Below are positions 11,540 through 23,679 of a stretch of DNA of 64,000 nt, in pieces. Origin of the DNA: Eledone cirrhosa (taxonomy: Eukaryota); NCBI GenBank assembly GCA_964016885.1, contig OZ024740.1, forward strand, positions 77,004,001-77,068,000, given 5' to 3'. Positions within the stretch are counted from its first letter, which is position 1, and every line of letters begins with the position of its first letter. A program made the translations under genes and the position numbers. The notes below the pieces were generated by a model. It was not told the DNA's origin, ran no database searches, and saw nothing but the letters and a program-made list of their open reading frames with translations.

Positions 11540-11940
11540 GCCATGGATATTATTGCATGTGCAGATCTGAATTATAAGTTTCTATGTTCACACGTGTGTA
11601 TATATAGTTATATCATGTTGAACTTCTGGAAAGTGTTACATATATTTTCAGTTCTATTAATGGATTGTACTTGCAATTTCATAATTATGGTGGTTTATTG
11701 TTTGGTAAAGCCCAGCTTCTCAAGGTTTATGATGAGGCTGTTGGTAACATATTCAACTTCTCCAATGATAACAGCTACAAATCTAAAGCTATAGTCAGGG
11801 TGAAGTATTTGAAGATTCCTTAATGTAAATGTTCTTTTCATTAAACGTTAGCAATATATTAGCATCTGCTGGGCTTCTAATTTCCACTACTGTACATGAT
11901 TTCTACATGGGACACGCTTTCGGTCTTTAGGTACATGGCT
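11540..11940 (-). pseudogene. Possible highly decayed LINE RT fragment
   Basis: Weak minus-strand motifs RSPADANIL, TIALDL and LIINLEKLGF in plausible RT order. Many stops. Confidence 0.25.
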
Positions 11941-12039
11941 CCGTTCGAAAAATATATTGCATTCGCAGCAGATCTGTTCTACTAAAGAACGCATCACAGC
12001 TTGCGGAGAGCAATACGGCCACAAGAAATGTTAGCTAGT

Positions 12040-12900
12040 CGCGATTATATGTGGGCTCTGGCCGGACGACTAAGCAACCCTGAACTAAACAGCGCTAAAC
12101 TACTTGGGAAGATGGAGCAATGGGTAACACTGTTGGCTCTCAGGAAAAGTCTCATAATCCAGTCATGTAGTTACGAAACCTCGTCCTTGTGGGTCTGATA
12201 AAATTTACCAAATTAGTGACATACAAGCACAAGACCACCAAAATCTGCAGTATGATAAGATTGAATAAAAGCAATCATACCACATTTTCTTTTGCGTTGG
12301 GGCCTTATACATTGCAGTCTCAATCTGATGCCGAAAGACTGATGATGGGCTTGCGATCTCTCCTGGGAATCATGTGATGGACACACATGTATTCATCCCG
12401 TGACTTCAATGAACGACCAGAAGGAAGCAAATGTTATCGATTAGCAAATGTTATCGATTATGCCCTTGTAAGTAAGGAGCAGCAACTAAGGTTGCTGGTT
12501 AGATACGGTTGAGTTTTCCTTAACAAAATTCTCGTAGATTTGGATGGAGGATGGAAATTCCACTATTTAGGTATAATACCCGAAGGTGGGAGTTGTGATA
12601 CTCACAAGTCCCCAGCTGTCAGAATGTGCTAACGATTTTCCTCTTCAATCTTAGGTTGAAAGAAAGATCTCCGTGCATAGTTAAAGTATATGCGTCAAAC
12701 AGAGAATCCGACGTTCCATCTGCAAGGGAAGTATTCTGGTACATCAACCTCCAACTTCGGAATAAGTTGTCTCAATCCATGCCTGGGATTCTTCTCTCGA
12801 AAGAGAGGTTTATCCTGGCGAAGTGGAGAGAATACTTTGCTGATCTCCTAAATCTGATCACAACATCTGATGTATATGTAATGTGTCTAGAGGTGAAGAG
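12040..12900 (+). mobile_element. RTE-clade (Expander-like) LINE relic: 5' region, EN N-terminus and linker, internally deleted
   Basis: DLDGGWKFHYLG, GVVILTSPQLSEC, LRLKERSPCIVKVYASN and ILAKWREYFADLLN (RWxEYFxxLLN linker motif). Confidence 0.7.
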
Positions 12901-13039
12901 TAATCTCTCGGGGGTTAGTCTCAGACACATCATTCTGTACATCAATGCGCAACAACGCCCACTCTGACGTAGATGATACCACCCATCATTCTTACATAAA
13001 TATTCCCAATCAAGCATTATTTAATTTGGAGACCCTATG

Positions 13040-13840
13040 CCAGGTCTTTACTAACTTCATGAACAGAGACCTCGAAAGCATCTTTCATTGAGATCCTGCC
13101 ACTATCCTCTCTTTCAACAGTAAAAAGAAAAGCCCACAACTATTGGTTATTAGTAGAAAACATCATCGTCCCACCCCTTCTTTAGTATAAGCAGCACTCA
13201 CCTACAGTTCTCACAATCTCTCCAAATTCTAGGCCTCCCAATCACTGAGGATCTCTCATGGCAAACAAACATCTTTAACGTTGCAAAGGCAGCACTTTAA
13301 AGATTAGTCCTTTACTTCGGTGTAAAAAAATCTTCAGCCCTTGACAATTAATGATCCTCCACAAGCCTCTGGTAAGACCCACAATTATGTATTTCTCTAC
13401 AACTGGAACAGTCCTTCTGTTCCTCATACAGAAAAACTCCTTGGCTAATCAGCATAAAGACAGTCCCCAGACTCTAGCCTAAAGATGTGCTGTTTTCTCC
13501 TTTAAGCTCTTCTACTCTCATTACAATGATATCTGCTCCTCGCTGGTCTCATATCACCTCCACTGAGGCATTCCTGACTCATTCGTCTCTCCTCCTCTCA
13601 TCATCTTTGCTGCTTACAACTAACCCCCAAGTCCACACTAATCCCTACGCTCAATCCTTTAGGCTCAGAACATCTGTCCTCTGGAACTCCCTACATGCTC
13701 TTGTTTAGCTAAAAAGAATGGAATTGCAGCAGTTTCAATGGGACTTTAACGGCATCGATCTCTGCAGTCTCTGAAAGACCACGAAGACCATGTACATGTC
13801 TCCTTTCCCACCTACCAAATAGAGACAAAAAAAATGCCCA
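13040..13840 (+). mobile_element. L2/Jockey/CR1-group LINE relic, RT C-terminal half
   Basis: LQILGLPITEDLSWQTNIFNVAKAA, QLMILHKPLVRPTIMY and QSFRLRTSVLWNSL. Confidence 0.75.
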
Positions 13841-14214
13841 GGATCTCCATGAGATAAGGCAGCAGTGACGACGTTACAGTGTAAGGTTTTGTAGAAATTC
13901 CATAAAAACTGTCTTAAAAGAAAAGGAAATCTAACCGAAATGTCTGCGAATCTAACTGGATACGAATGTGTAAAACATGTGTTATAACTATTTATATTTG
14001 CTGAACATACAGCATGTAGTTTGGAATGTAAATACGGAATGGTGATTTATATTTGTATTATTCTATTGTATTAATTTAACATCAAACCTGGTTATGTTGA
14101 CGGTATAAACACACCTGGTTGGGTGTTTAATTACTAAAACACGGCTTTTGTTTATGAACCAGATATATGCAATCATTTATTAGCGTAGTCTTCTGGAATA
14201 ATAATAAAAATAAT

Positions 14215-14427
14215 TGTTTCTACTTTCGACACAAGACCAGCAATTTGAAGAAGGGAAAGTCGATTAAATCTACCCCAGTGCATTACTGGCATATTATTTA
14301 TCAACCTCGAAAAGATGAAAGGCAAAGCTAACCTCGGCGGGATTTGAACTCAGAACGTAAAGGGGCATAACTCTATACCACAAAGTATGGTGTCCGACGC
14401 TCTACCGATGCTGCAAATCCACGCCCT
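14215..14427 (-). mobile_element. tRNA-head SINE, near full length
   Basis: Head agggcgtggatttgcagcatcggtagagcgtcggacacc, B-box gagttcaaatccc, conserved core and tail. Confidence 0.88.
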
Positions 14428-14433
14428 AATAAT

Positions 14434-14649
14434 GATTTCTACTATAGGCACAAGGCTAGCAACTTGAAGAAAGGGGAAAGCCGATTAATTTCAACATCAG
14501 TATATTACTGGTACTTTATTTTATCGACCCCGTAAGGATGAAAGGCAAAGTTAACCTCGCGGGATTTGAAATTAAAACGTAAAGGGCCATAACGCTACGC
14601 CACAAAACATGGTGTCCGACGCTCTACCGATGCTGCCAATCCACGGCCC

Positions 14650-14650
<1 letters not shown>
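14434..14650 (-). mobile_element. tRNA-head SINE, near full length
   Basis: Tandem to the previous copy. Head abuts (AAT)n(AAG)n at 14651-14735. Confidence 0.88.
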
Positions 14651-14710
<60 letters not shown>

Positions 14711-14869
14711 AAGAAGAATACTAATAATAATAATAAAGAGAGTAAAAGAGTAAATAGGCGCACTTAACACATAACACAAATGTTAGTGTGTGAATTCTGA
14801 AACACTTACACATATAAATGTACACATGCATATATATATAAGTGCATGTGTACATACATACATACATAT

Positions 14870-15418
14870 ATGGTGGCTGCCAACTCGTTTCCGAGTACGG
14901 CCACTACTTTATATCCATGTAGGAGAACCCCTACCGATGGGCTGAACGAGTGTGACTTTTTAGTCCAGCCAGCGACTTGAAAACTCTGGTACAAACACTA
15001 CACTTGTGACAATTATTGACACATAGTGCTTTGCCTTTGGTACCATGTGACGACAAGTGCAGAGAGATCTCCAGATATAAAGCAATGCCTGTGCCGTGAA
15101 GCTTTTATAGTGAGCAAAGGCACTGCACAAAGCCAGTCCCACTCTCTTAACCAAGATGATATTTACCAAAAAGAAGAACAAGTCAACATCATTGGATACC
15201 ATCAGGGTTGCAGGTGTTTTATCAGAGTTTTCCTTCTCCTAGAATTCTGCCTTGACAAAGGCTAAGGGGTCATCTCTCCCGGTGATTTTGGATGGCCATT
15301 GACTTTTAAGAGCTCCTTTGCCCTTTGACAGGTTTTGTTTTTAGTCCTGCAGGATGTCCAAACCTTGGTGGGGTTGCCAGTTTAGTCACCAACGACCCGA
15401 CCATGAGACAGGTTGTAC
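14870..15418 (-). mobile_element. (TATG)n-tailed non-coding retro-element, copy 2
   Basis: Highly similar to 22205-22775. (CATA)n on both flanks. Confidence 0.9.
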
Positions 15419-16159
15419 ATACATACATACATACATACATACATACATACATACATACATACATACAAGCGCAGCTCCCTAATTCATAGTCTACAAATGG
15501 CTGCGATAGCTGGCACCTTCAAAATATGCAAAACATTCTTGCGATTCAAGGGATGACAATTTCTTTTCTTTTACAACCTTGCCACCAGGAAGGTGGCCGG
15601 TCAAAAAAAAATATACTCGAAATTAAGAGAAAGAGAAAACATACATACATACATACATACACACTGATATGTATCATTTTTCCGCCACGTTTTTGTTTGC
15701 AGCCAAACATGTATTTTCACGCTACGTTCTCGCAGGAATAGGTATATTTACAATATAGTATATTTATTTATCTACCACTACATGCATAGGGTGCAAATTG
15801 TTGAAGTCATGGCATGCCAATAAGAAAATAAGTGTAATGTTGCTGCTTTGTTTCCAGACAATAACATCACAATATTTAGCAAAGAAAGAGTTAATATTTC
15901 TGAAATCAGAGTGTGATAGTGTCCCGCCGCTTACAAGCTTGAGTCACAACGAAATAGTCAAGTAGTCTTTTGGCGACCACTTCAGCTGTTAAGGACAGCA
16001 ACTAAAACGTATTCATAAGATTCCATACTCAAAGCCAGCACCTGTGTATTTTCGCACCCTAGGATTTACAATATGCACTCATATCACCCTATTATGCGCT
16101 CATATGGGTGGGGGTTACATATATATAGGCATATGTCTATTTATGTGTGGACGTATATA

Positions 16160-16249
<90 letters not shown>

Positions 16250-16252
<3 letters not shown>

Positions 16253-16570
16253 ATCTCAGGCCTCGCGCACCAGGACTGAACAAAGTTTGATTCACCACCT
16301 TGGGTCCTATCCCATCTTGGACTCAACTCACCTCCTCAATTTCTCTAATACCCCGTCCATTATCACACCCCTAGATTCCTATTGCTTTCTCTTGATCATT
16401 AACATCTTTTATAACTAATACAGGCCGACTATATATGCTCACTCCACTTTTCCCTTCACTACTCTGTATACACACATACACACCCTTATATTAACATACT
16501 TTTGCTCATAGCTTCGTACTTACATGCACACACACTCTTTTACTCACATATACACATACATTTCTTCTTA
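16250..16570 (+). mobile_element. Penelope-like element 3' fragment (GIY-YIG endonuclease C-terminus + 3' region)
   Basis: [16 protein letters not shown]-(frameshift)-LGLNS matches the R...EQ.LI..LG...P.GLN terminus typical of PLE endonucleases. Flanked by (TA)n and (CA)n. Confidence 0.55.
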
Positions 16571-16579
16571 GCTTCGTAC

Positions 16580-16649
<70 letters not shown>

Positions 16650-16959
16650 GCTTACACACGTGCACAAGTATAACTCTTTTTACAAAACGTTTTTTTTTTC
16701 CATTTCAGATAGACGCGCTCCATCCACTTTTCTAAAAAATAAATCATACACAAAACGCCAGCACCAACAGTTTTGCAAGAGATGTCAACATGAATGGACC
16801 TGTTATTTTTATCTATAGACATTTTTTCCCATTCCAACCCGCCGCTCGTCCCCTCGATCTATTTTATTTTTCATTATTTCTTCCTGCTATATCAAGCGTT
16901 AACCTAATATATCCCTTCCAAATACTGTACCGATTGTGTTGTTATTTCTGTTTACCTTT

Positions 16960-17018
<59 letters not shown>

Positions 17019-17030
17019 TGTACATACATA

Positions 17031-17373
17031 CATGGTGGCTGCCAACTCGTTTTCGAGTACGGCCACTACTTTATATCCCTGTAGGAGAACCCCTACCGAT
17101 GCGATCAACGAGCGTGAGTTTTTAGTCCAGCCAGCGACTTGAAAACTCTGGTACAAACACTACACTTGTGACAATTATTGACACATAGTTCTGGGCCAAT
17201 GGTACCATGCGACGACAAGTGCAGAGAGATCTCCAGATATAAAGCAATGCCTGTGCCGTGAAGCTTTTATAGTGAACAAAGCCAGTCCCACTCTCTTAAC
17301 CAAGATGATATTTACCAAAAAGAAGAACAAGTCAACATCATTGGATACCATCAGGGTTGCAGGTGTTATATCA
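17031..17373 (-). mobile_element. (TATG)n-tailed non-coding retro-element, copy 3 (5'-truncated)
   Basis: Same sequence; (CATA)n on both flanks. Shares a short internal deletion with copy 1. Confidence 0.9.
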
Positions 17374-17660
17374 TACATACATACATACATACATACATAC
17401 ATACATACATACATACATACATACATACATACAAACTCTCACACTGATATGTATCATTTTTTGCTTTTGAAAACAGCTGGTGATATGCATGTAAGTAAAT
17501 ATTCTCTTTATCTGATATTTTGTAACTAACTTTACATAGATCAATAACGGAGTATAGCTACAATGTATTATCATCACCTAGAAACGATCGTAAAGCAGTG
17601 TAGTATATCTCTAATGACTTGATTTTTGATTTAATTGTTTTAACTTATATATATATATAT

Positions 17661-17737
<77 letters not shown>

Positions 17738-18172
17738 TTCACATAAATTGTGCGTTTTTTACTTTTTTATCAATAAATCAATGAATGGTGAGCAGCATTC
17801 ACTTTCGATGCTAATGTCCTACAGAATAAGTCTATATAAGTAGAGCCAACACATCACCTGTAAATTAAACACCCTGAAATAAATTGAGTTGTCGTAAACT
17901 ACTGTCTCTTTTTAAACTCTCACTCTGGGTAGAAGAAATAGATAACAGCTGGACTAGTTTCAAACTTCGCTATGATTTTATCAGCAACTGACAACAATTC
18001 CTTATCTGTCCACAGATAAGGAATATCCAGGCACTATTATTGGGAGCTTTCTAAAATCAGATACACCGATTTACACCTGCGGTGCAGGTCGTGGTAGCTA
18101 AAAATAAATTGTCAACTATATCAATAGCACACCGACACAGACACAGGCGCGAGCACACACATACACACACAC

Positions 18173-18232
<60 letters not shown>

Positions 18233-18324
18233 GTAGTAATAGGTTCTTCTTCATCGGCACACGTTGAACAAGTCGAACATACCTGGTATGGCGCCGTTGT
18301 AGTAACTAGCCTTAATAATTATAT

Positions 18325-19085
18325 TTATATATAATAAGGGTTAAGATCGATATCCAGTGATTCGATCATGTTTAAAATTTGCTCAACAAATTCTTGTGGA
18401 GCATACACAAAGTAATAATTGTAATACATCCCAGTCAGAGGTCTAAAATTATGAAAACAATGTAATTTTTGAATCGATGCAAAAGTACTCACAATTTCAT
18501 CAATTGAAACAGTCAATATCTTCCTAGTTTAGCACACAAAAATATGCCAGACTACAAATTCCACATCTAAGCTGGTAAAAGACTGTTTCAAATTCCGTGG
18601 AGAATCCGCTGGTCATCGATTAATAATAAATCCATAACCAACAAGTTCTAGACGAAGGAATTGTCATCAGCCAGCAGTCCTATGAAGGATTTCCGAAAAT
18701 CAACCTTATTACTAAAATTTCATGTCGGTGCCGGTATCCAACGTATAACATTAACTGCTATTTTGTCATCAGGTGACAGTAGCAGTGGCCGATTGGCTGG
18801 GGTTAGCGTTAATTATAATAATAAGGGTTTAAATCGATATCCAGTGATTTCGATCTTGTTTACAATTTGCTCAACAAATTCGTTTGGAGCATACACAAAG
18901 GAGTAATTGTAATACAACATCCCAGCCAGGAGATCAAATAATCATTGTATGAAATCAATATAATCATTGTATCGACGGATTAACATATGAAAAACAGTAA
19001 AGTACTGACAATTTCATCAATTGAAATAGTCAGTATCCTCCTCGTTTATCACACAAAAATCTGCCGGAGTACAAAATTCCACATA
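18325..19085. repeat. Diverged direct duplication (~18330-18566 vs ~18818-19084)
   Basis: Shared blocks ataataagggtt, tcgatatccagtgatt, aatttgctcaacaaattc, ggagcatacacaaag, acaatttcatcaattgaaa and aaattccacat. Confidence 0.85.
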
Positions 19086-19117
19086 TATATGAACAAACGC
19101 TTCGATAATTCATAAGG

Positions 19118-19169
<52 letters not shown>

Positions 19170-19227
19170 TGTGTATGTGTGTGGGTGACTAGGTGATATT
19201 GTCTTCGAAGTCTCAGAATTAGTCTCT

Positions 19228-19272
19228 TTTGTCTGAAGAGCCTAATTAACGCTGAAACATGTAAGTCACAAA
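19228..19272 (+). ncRNA. Minimal type I hammerhead ribozyme-like motif (degenerate stem II)
   Basis: tttgt-CTGAAGA-gcctaattaacgct-GAAAC-atgtaa-GTC-acaaa: 5-bp stem I, intact core boxes, GUC triplet. Confidence 0.5.
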
Positions 19273-19770
19273 TCAAACCTTGCTATTCAAAGTATGTTGT
19301 CAAATTTCCCGGAACCACCATGTTGGGTACTATGTCTGATAAATATTGGCTTCTGGTGTGGATTTAACACCAGGTATCTCCTATTTCACACGTGGAGCAG
19401 ACGGTAACCCGTTGAACTCGTTATAAAATACTTATAATCGCTCATCCACAGGTATAGAGTTCTGCCAACATTTGTTGACTATATAACGCCATACACATAT
19501 CCACATAGAACATATGTGTGTGAGCATTTTTTATTTTGGCACGTGCCTGTATATGTGTATGTTGACACACGGGTATGTATGTATGGGTATGTAAATATGT
19601 AAGTATAAATGTTCGAGTTAGCAAAGTAGTCATCAATCCAGCTGTCCAAGTATGCATAGAATCTCGTTGAACACGTGTATGTGAATGTGTAAAGGAGTGA
19701 GAATGTATGAATGCATGTATATACATGTGTCTGTGTGGAAATATATATGGCCGTACGTGAATGTGTGACT

Positions 19771-19822
<52 letters not shown>

Positions 19823-19857
19823 ACAGAACAATCAAAACTATGTTTAATACATTTTAT

Positions 19858-19903
19858 AGCTGACAATCGTTTCTTCCAAACAGTCGTTTAGAATCATCGG
19901 AGA
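19858..19903 (-). ncRNA. Minimal type I hammerhead ribozyme-like motif (CCGATGA core variant)
   Basis: Minus strand ct-CCGATGA-ttctaaac[gact]gtttggaa-GAAAC-gatt-GTC-ag: 8-bp stem II, GUC triplet, short stem I. Confidence 0.5.
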
Positions 19904-20973
19904 ATTGGCAAAGCTTAAACATATAATTAAATTTCTATTCTACAGAACAATCAGCAAGATATGTTGATATTATTGTTGCTATCAATAGTGTCATATTCAA
20001 AGAGAAGATGTTGTGGACAGTAGCAATGGGTATAAAAAGATTATAAAAGAATTATAAAAGAAAGTTACTTGCAATGTCCTCCTTTGCGAGTAACTTTCTT
20101 TTATAATCAATATCTGGAAAAATGAAAGTGCCCATGACCATCCGGAGTACATAAGTAGCCTATGTCTTAAGTTTGGTGAAAATACTGTAGAAATGCATAA
20201 GGTGTATACATACGCGCGTGCGTTCGTGTGTGTGCGTGTGTGTGTGTGTGTGTGTTTGTGTGTGGAGGGGGGGGGGGGTATGTATTTGTGTGTGCGTATG
20301 TATGTGTATGTCCGTCGGGGCATACGGATGTACTGGCCTAAATCTTCACTATTTACATTTACTATTTTAATAACCTCTGTCATTTTCGTTTTCAATTTTA
20401 TTTAGATCATTCTTAAACTCCGGGGCTGGAAACCATTCTGTTATTTTAAATAGAATATTAGTCTAACGACTCCATTTATACCATAAACTTGGTCTTTTCT
20501 TTGCATGAAATTGTTCTTCACGCTCCACATAACGACGTATTATCCTCGCTTTTTTCCCGTTCATTGCCAGGGAACGTCTTCACGAACCAAAATATCGTCT
20601 TCCTGTTTTCGTTCGGTTGCAACGTTTCTCGAAATAATTACTTCTGCGTTCACAGATTACTCTGAGTTCAATTTGAATGAGAAATTCCTGTTTCATCTAT
20701 TTTCTCCGTAACCATGGAAGATTATAGCTTGAAAGTCGACCCAACGCCTCCTCGGGTCATTCTGCACAACTGTGTAAATTTTCGCTGCATTCCACCAAGC
20801 CGTTCGTTTATCCGACTACACCTACATATACAACGTCCGACCACTTCCAATTTATATAGTAGATTTGTTTATATATGAATGACAAAAAGAAAAGTACAAA
20901 ACTATACATGAATTGTTTCTACTAAACCTGCAATTTAAGACACAACCTACATATTTGATAGGACTCCAGCTCA

Positions 20974-21075
20974 CTTCTTCTTCTTCTTTTGCTCCCCCTG
21001 GAACATTGGGCTGCGAGCCACCCCCACAGAACGCGATGTTCTGAGTCTGCTTTTCAATTCCACCGTGAGGCACGG
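20974..21075 (-). mobile_element. Probable RTE-clade LINE 3' terminus with (GAA)n tail
   Basis: Minus strand cagaacatcgcgttctgtgg...cccaatgttccagggggagcaaaagaagaagaagaag resembles the R..W......C ORF2 ending plus a short tandem tail. Confidence 0.45.
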
Positions 21076-21875
21076 TGCGTCATGGTGTATCTAACCATTT
21101 TTGTAGGTCTTACTACGGCTGATTTCTTCCAGAGAGAAAGAAAGAGATGGAAAAAGGCAGAGAAGATTCATCCCGGGAGGAATAATAAAAAATGTTTACA
21201 CTGCACATTTCAATTTTCAAAGCTAAAGCTGCCGATCCAAAATCAGTAATTCAACTCCCTGAAAACTTTCAAATATATGCTGTTCTAGCATGAATATTAT
21301 GCTAAGGATAAGCTGTCCACAAAGTAAGATTTACTTGCATATCCCCGCTCATATAAACACATAAATACATGCATACATACATTACAGTTGATATTTTTTT
21401 TTATTAAAGCGTTTTCATATCATATATATATATATATATAGTGATGAAACATAAGTCAATTGCATGAACTCATAATCCTTTATTTACTGCTTTATTTGTA
21501 TGAAATTGTAAATAAGACAAAAGTATTAGAACAGGGGGAAATAACTCACCGAATGCGATAGTTTTGGGGCCCGAGGGACCACATTTTTCAAGTTAGAGAT
21601 TTGAAACCTCGTCTATTTGCTTCCGTGGCACTTTTTACATAAGTGTGTAAATTTTCATGTCAGTCCGACCACGTCTACTACCATTTAACCGTGCACATCT
21701 GAATTTCAACCACCACCCATTTCACAAATATATATTAGATATATATATATATATGCATATACACAAGCATACTTACATACATACTTACATGTATGCATGC
21801 ATTCATGATGACTGCCCACTTTTTATCGAGTATGGCCATTGCACGATATAGCATTATTAATAATTATCAATTAAT

Positions 21876-22035
21876 TGTTTCTACTATTGGCAAAAGGCCA
21901 GAAATTATCCCAGTGCATTACTGGTACTTTATTTTATCGACCCCGTAAGGATGAAAGGCAAAGTTAACCTCGGCGCTATTTGAACACAGAATGGCAAAGG
22001 CCATAACTCTATGCGTCAAAGCATGGCGTCCAATA
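21876..22035 (-). mobile_element. tRNA-head SINE (truncated)
   Basis: Conserved SINE core. Confidence 0.8.
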
Positions 22036-22204
22036 TCGTGTAATGACTGTGCGTGAAGATTTTTTTTAAAGTTAGGAAAGATTGTGCTCTGAGCCAATCC
22101 CACTCTCAATCCCAGAAGAAGAAAAGATCAATATCATCGGTAACCACTGAGCCGCAGGTTTTATGTCGGAGTTATGCATACATACATACATACATACATA
22201 CATA

Positions 22205-22818
22205 CATGGTGGCTGCCAACTCGTTTTCGAGTACGGCCACTACTTTATATCCATGTAGGAGAACCCCTACCGAAGCGCTGAACGAGTGTGACTTTTTAGT
22301 CCGGCCAGCAACTTGAAAACTCTGGTACAAACACTACACTTGTGACAATTATTGACACATAGTGCTGGTCCCATGGTACCATGTGACGACAAATGCTGAG
22401 AGATCTCCAGATATAAAGCAATGTCTGTGCCGTGAAGCTTTTATAGTGAGCAAAGGCACTGCACAAAGCCAGTCCCACTCTCTTAACCAAGATGATATTT
22501 ACCAAAAAGAAGAACAAATCAACATCATTGGATATCATCAGGGTTGCAGGTGTTATATCAGAGTTTTCCTTCTCCTAGAATTCTGCCTTGACAAAGGCTA
22601 AGGGGTCATCTCTCCCGGTGATTTTGGATGGCCATTGACTCTTAAGAGCTCCTTTGCCCTTTGACAGGTTTTGTTTTTAGTCCTGCAGGATGTCCAAAGT
22701 CACCCTCCTCACCAAGAAACCTTGGTAGGGTTGCCAGTTTAGTCGCCAACGACCCGACCATGGCACAGGTTGTACTGGGATACATGTTACCAGTAGCACC
22801 AACTGGTGACCTGACACA
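22205..22818 (-). mobile_element. (TATG)n-tailed non-coding retro-element, copy 4 (longest, ~614 bp)
   Basis: (CATA)n at 22177-22207 and 22821-22846. A diverged fragment of the same family lies at ~22065-22172. Confidence 0.9.
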
Positions 22819-23679
22819 AACATACATACATACAAACATACATACATGAAATCTTTAATGACTGATAACATAAAACACTACTCACATTATGTATGCCAGT
22901 TGACACAATCAATGGAATTGCATGCTCGTGAAATTAATGTGAAAGTGGCTGAGCCGTCCACAAATACATATACCCTTAATGAAGTTGTAAGAGAAAATCC
23001 GTGTGACATGACTGGAACAGTTCATTTTTGCCAGCTGAGTGGAGTGAAGTAACATGACATAATGTGTCATTAACACATAGCTCTGCCTGCGACTATATTC
23101 ATTTAACAATCGATAATTCTGTTCCTTATATTATGTATGATTTATTTTTCTTCTTGTATATAAGTTGGTCTCAAGTTGTTGTCTTTCACCTGATTGAGAT
23201 CAGAGATCAGTGATCAGTTTCCAGGGCCCACTACAGGGTCGACAAACTCGGGCTCAAGTTCAACCCTGATTTAGCAACCCTATGACAAAAAGCGTTCCAG
23301 CCATGACCACAGATTTTTAAAATATATATATACAGGAATACATTATCTAATATGTATCTTTCCATTTTAAAGCGCTTACATAGGAATGCCCTCATAGGCT
23401 CATAAAATAAGCGTTGGGTCTGTAGAACCATTCGAGCGATAAATTAAGCGGTCTTTTGTAACTTTAACTTCTGAGTTAAATTTCCACTGCGGGTTATGAG
23501 TGGTGGTTCGTTGCGGTGATGCGTTGTCTTTACTATATATGATGGATGAAAAGGGTTAAATGTGTTATAACAATTGGTATGTAGATTAATGTTTTATCCA
23601 ATCAGGTTTTACCTTCTCTGCTTAAAGCTCAATGATCGAGAAAAGATTGTTGTTTAAACCAAGGCGAACCCTGCTCCAC

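Noticed and set aside
21540-21720. Possible DNA-transposon/MITE internal fragment
   Set aside because: No terminal inverted repeats, target-site duplication or second copy visible in the window.
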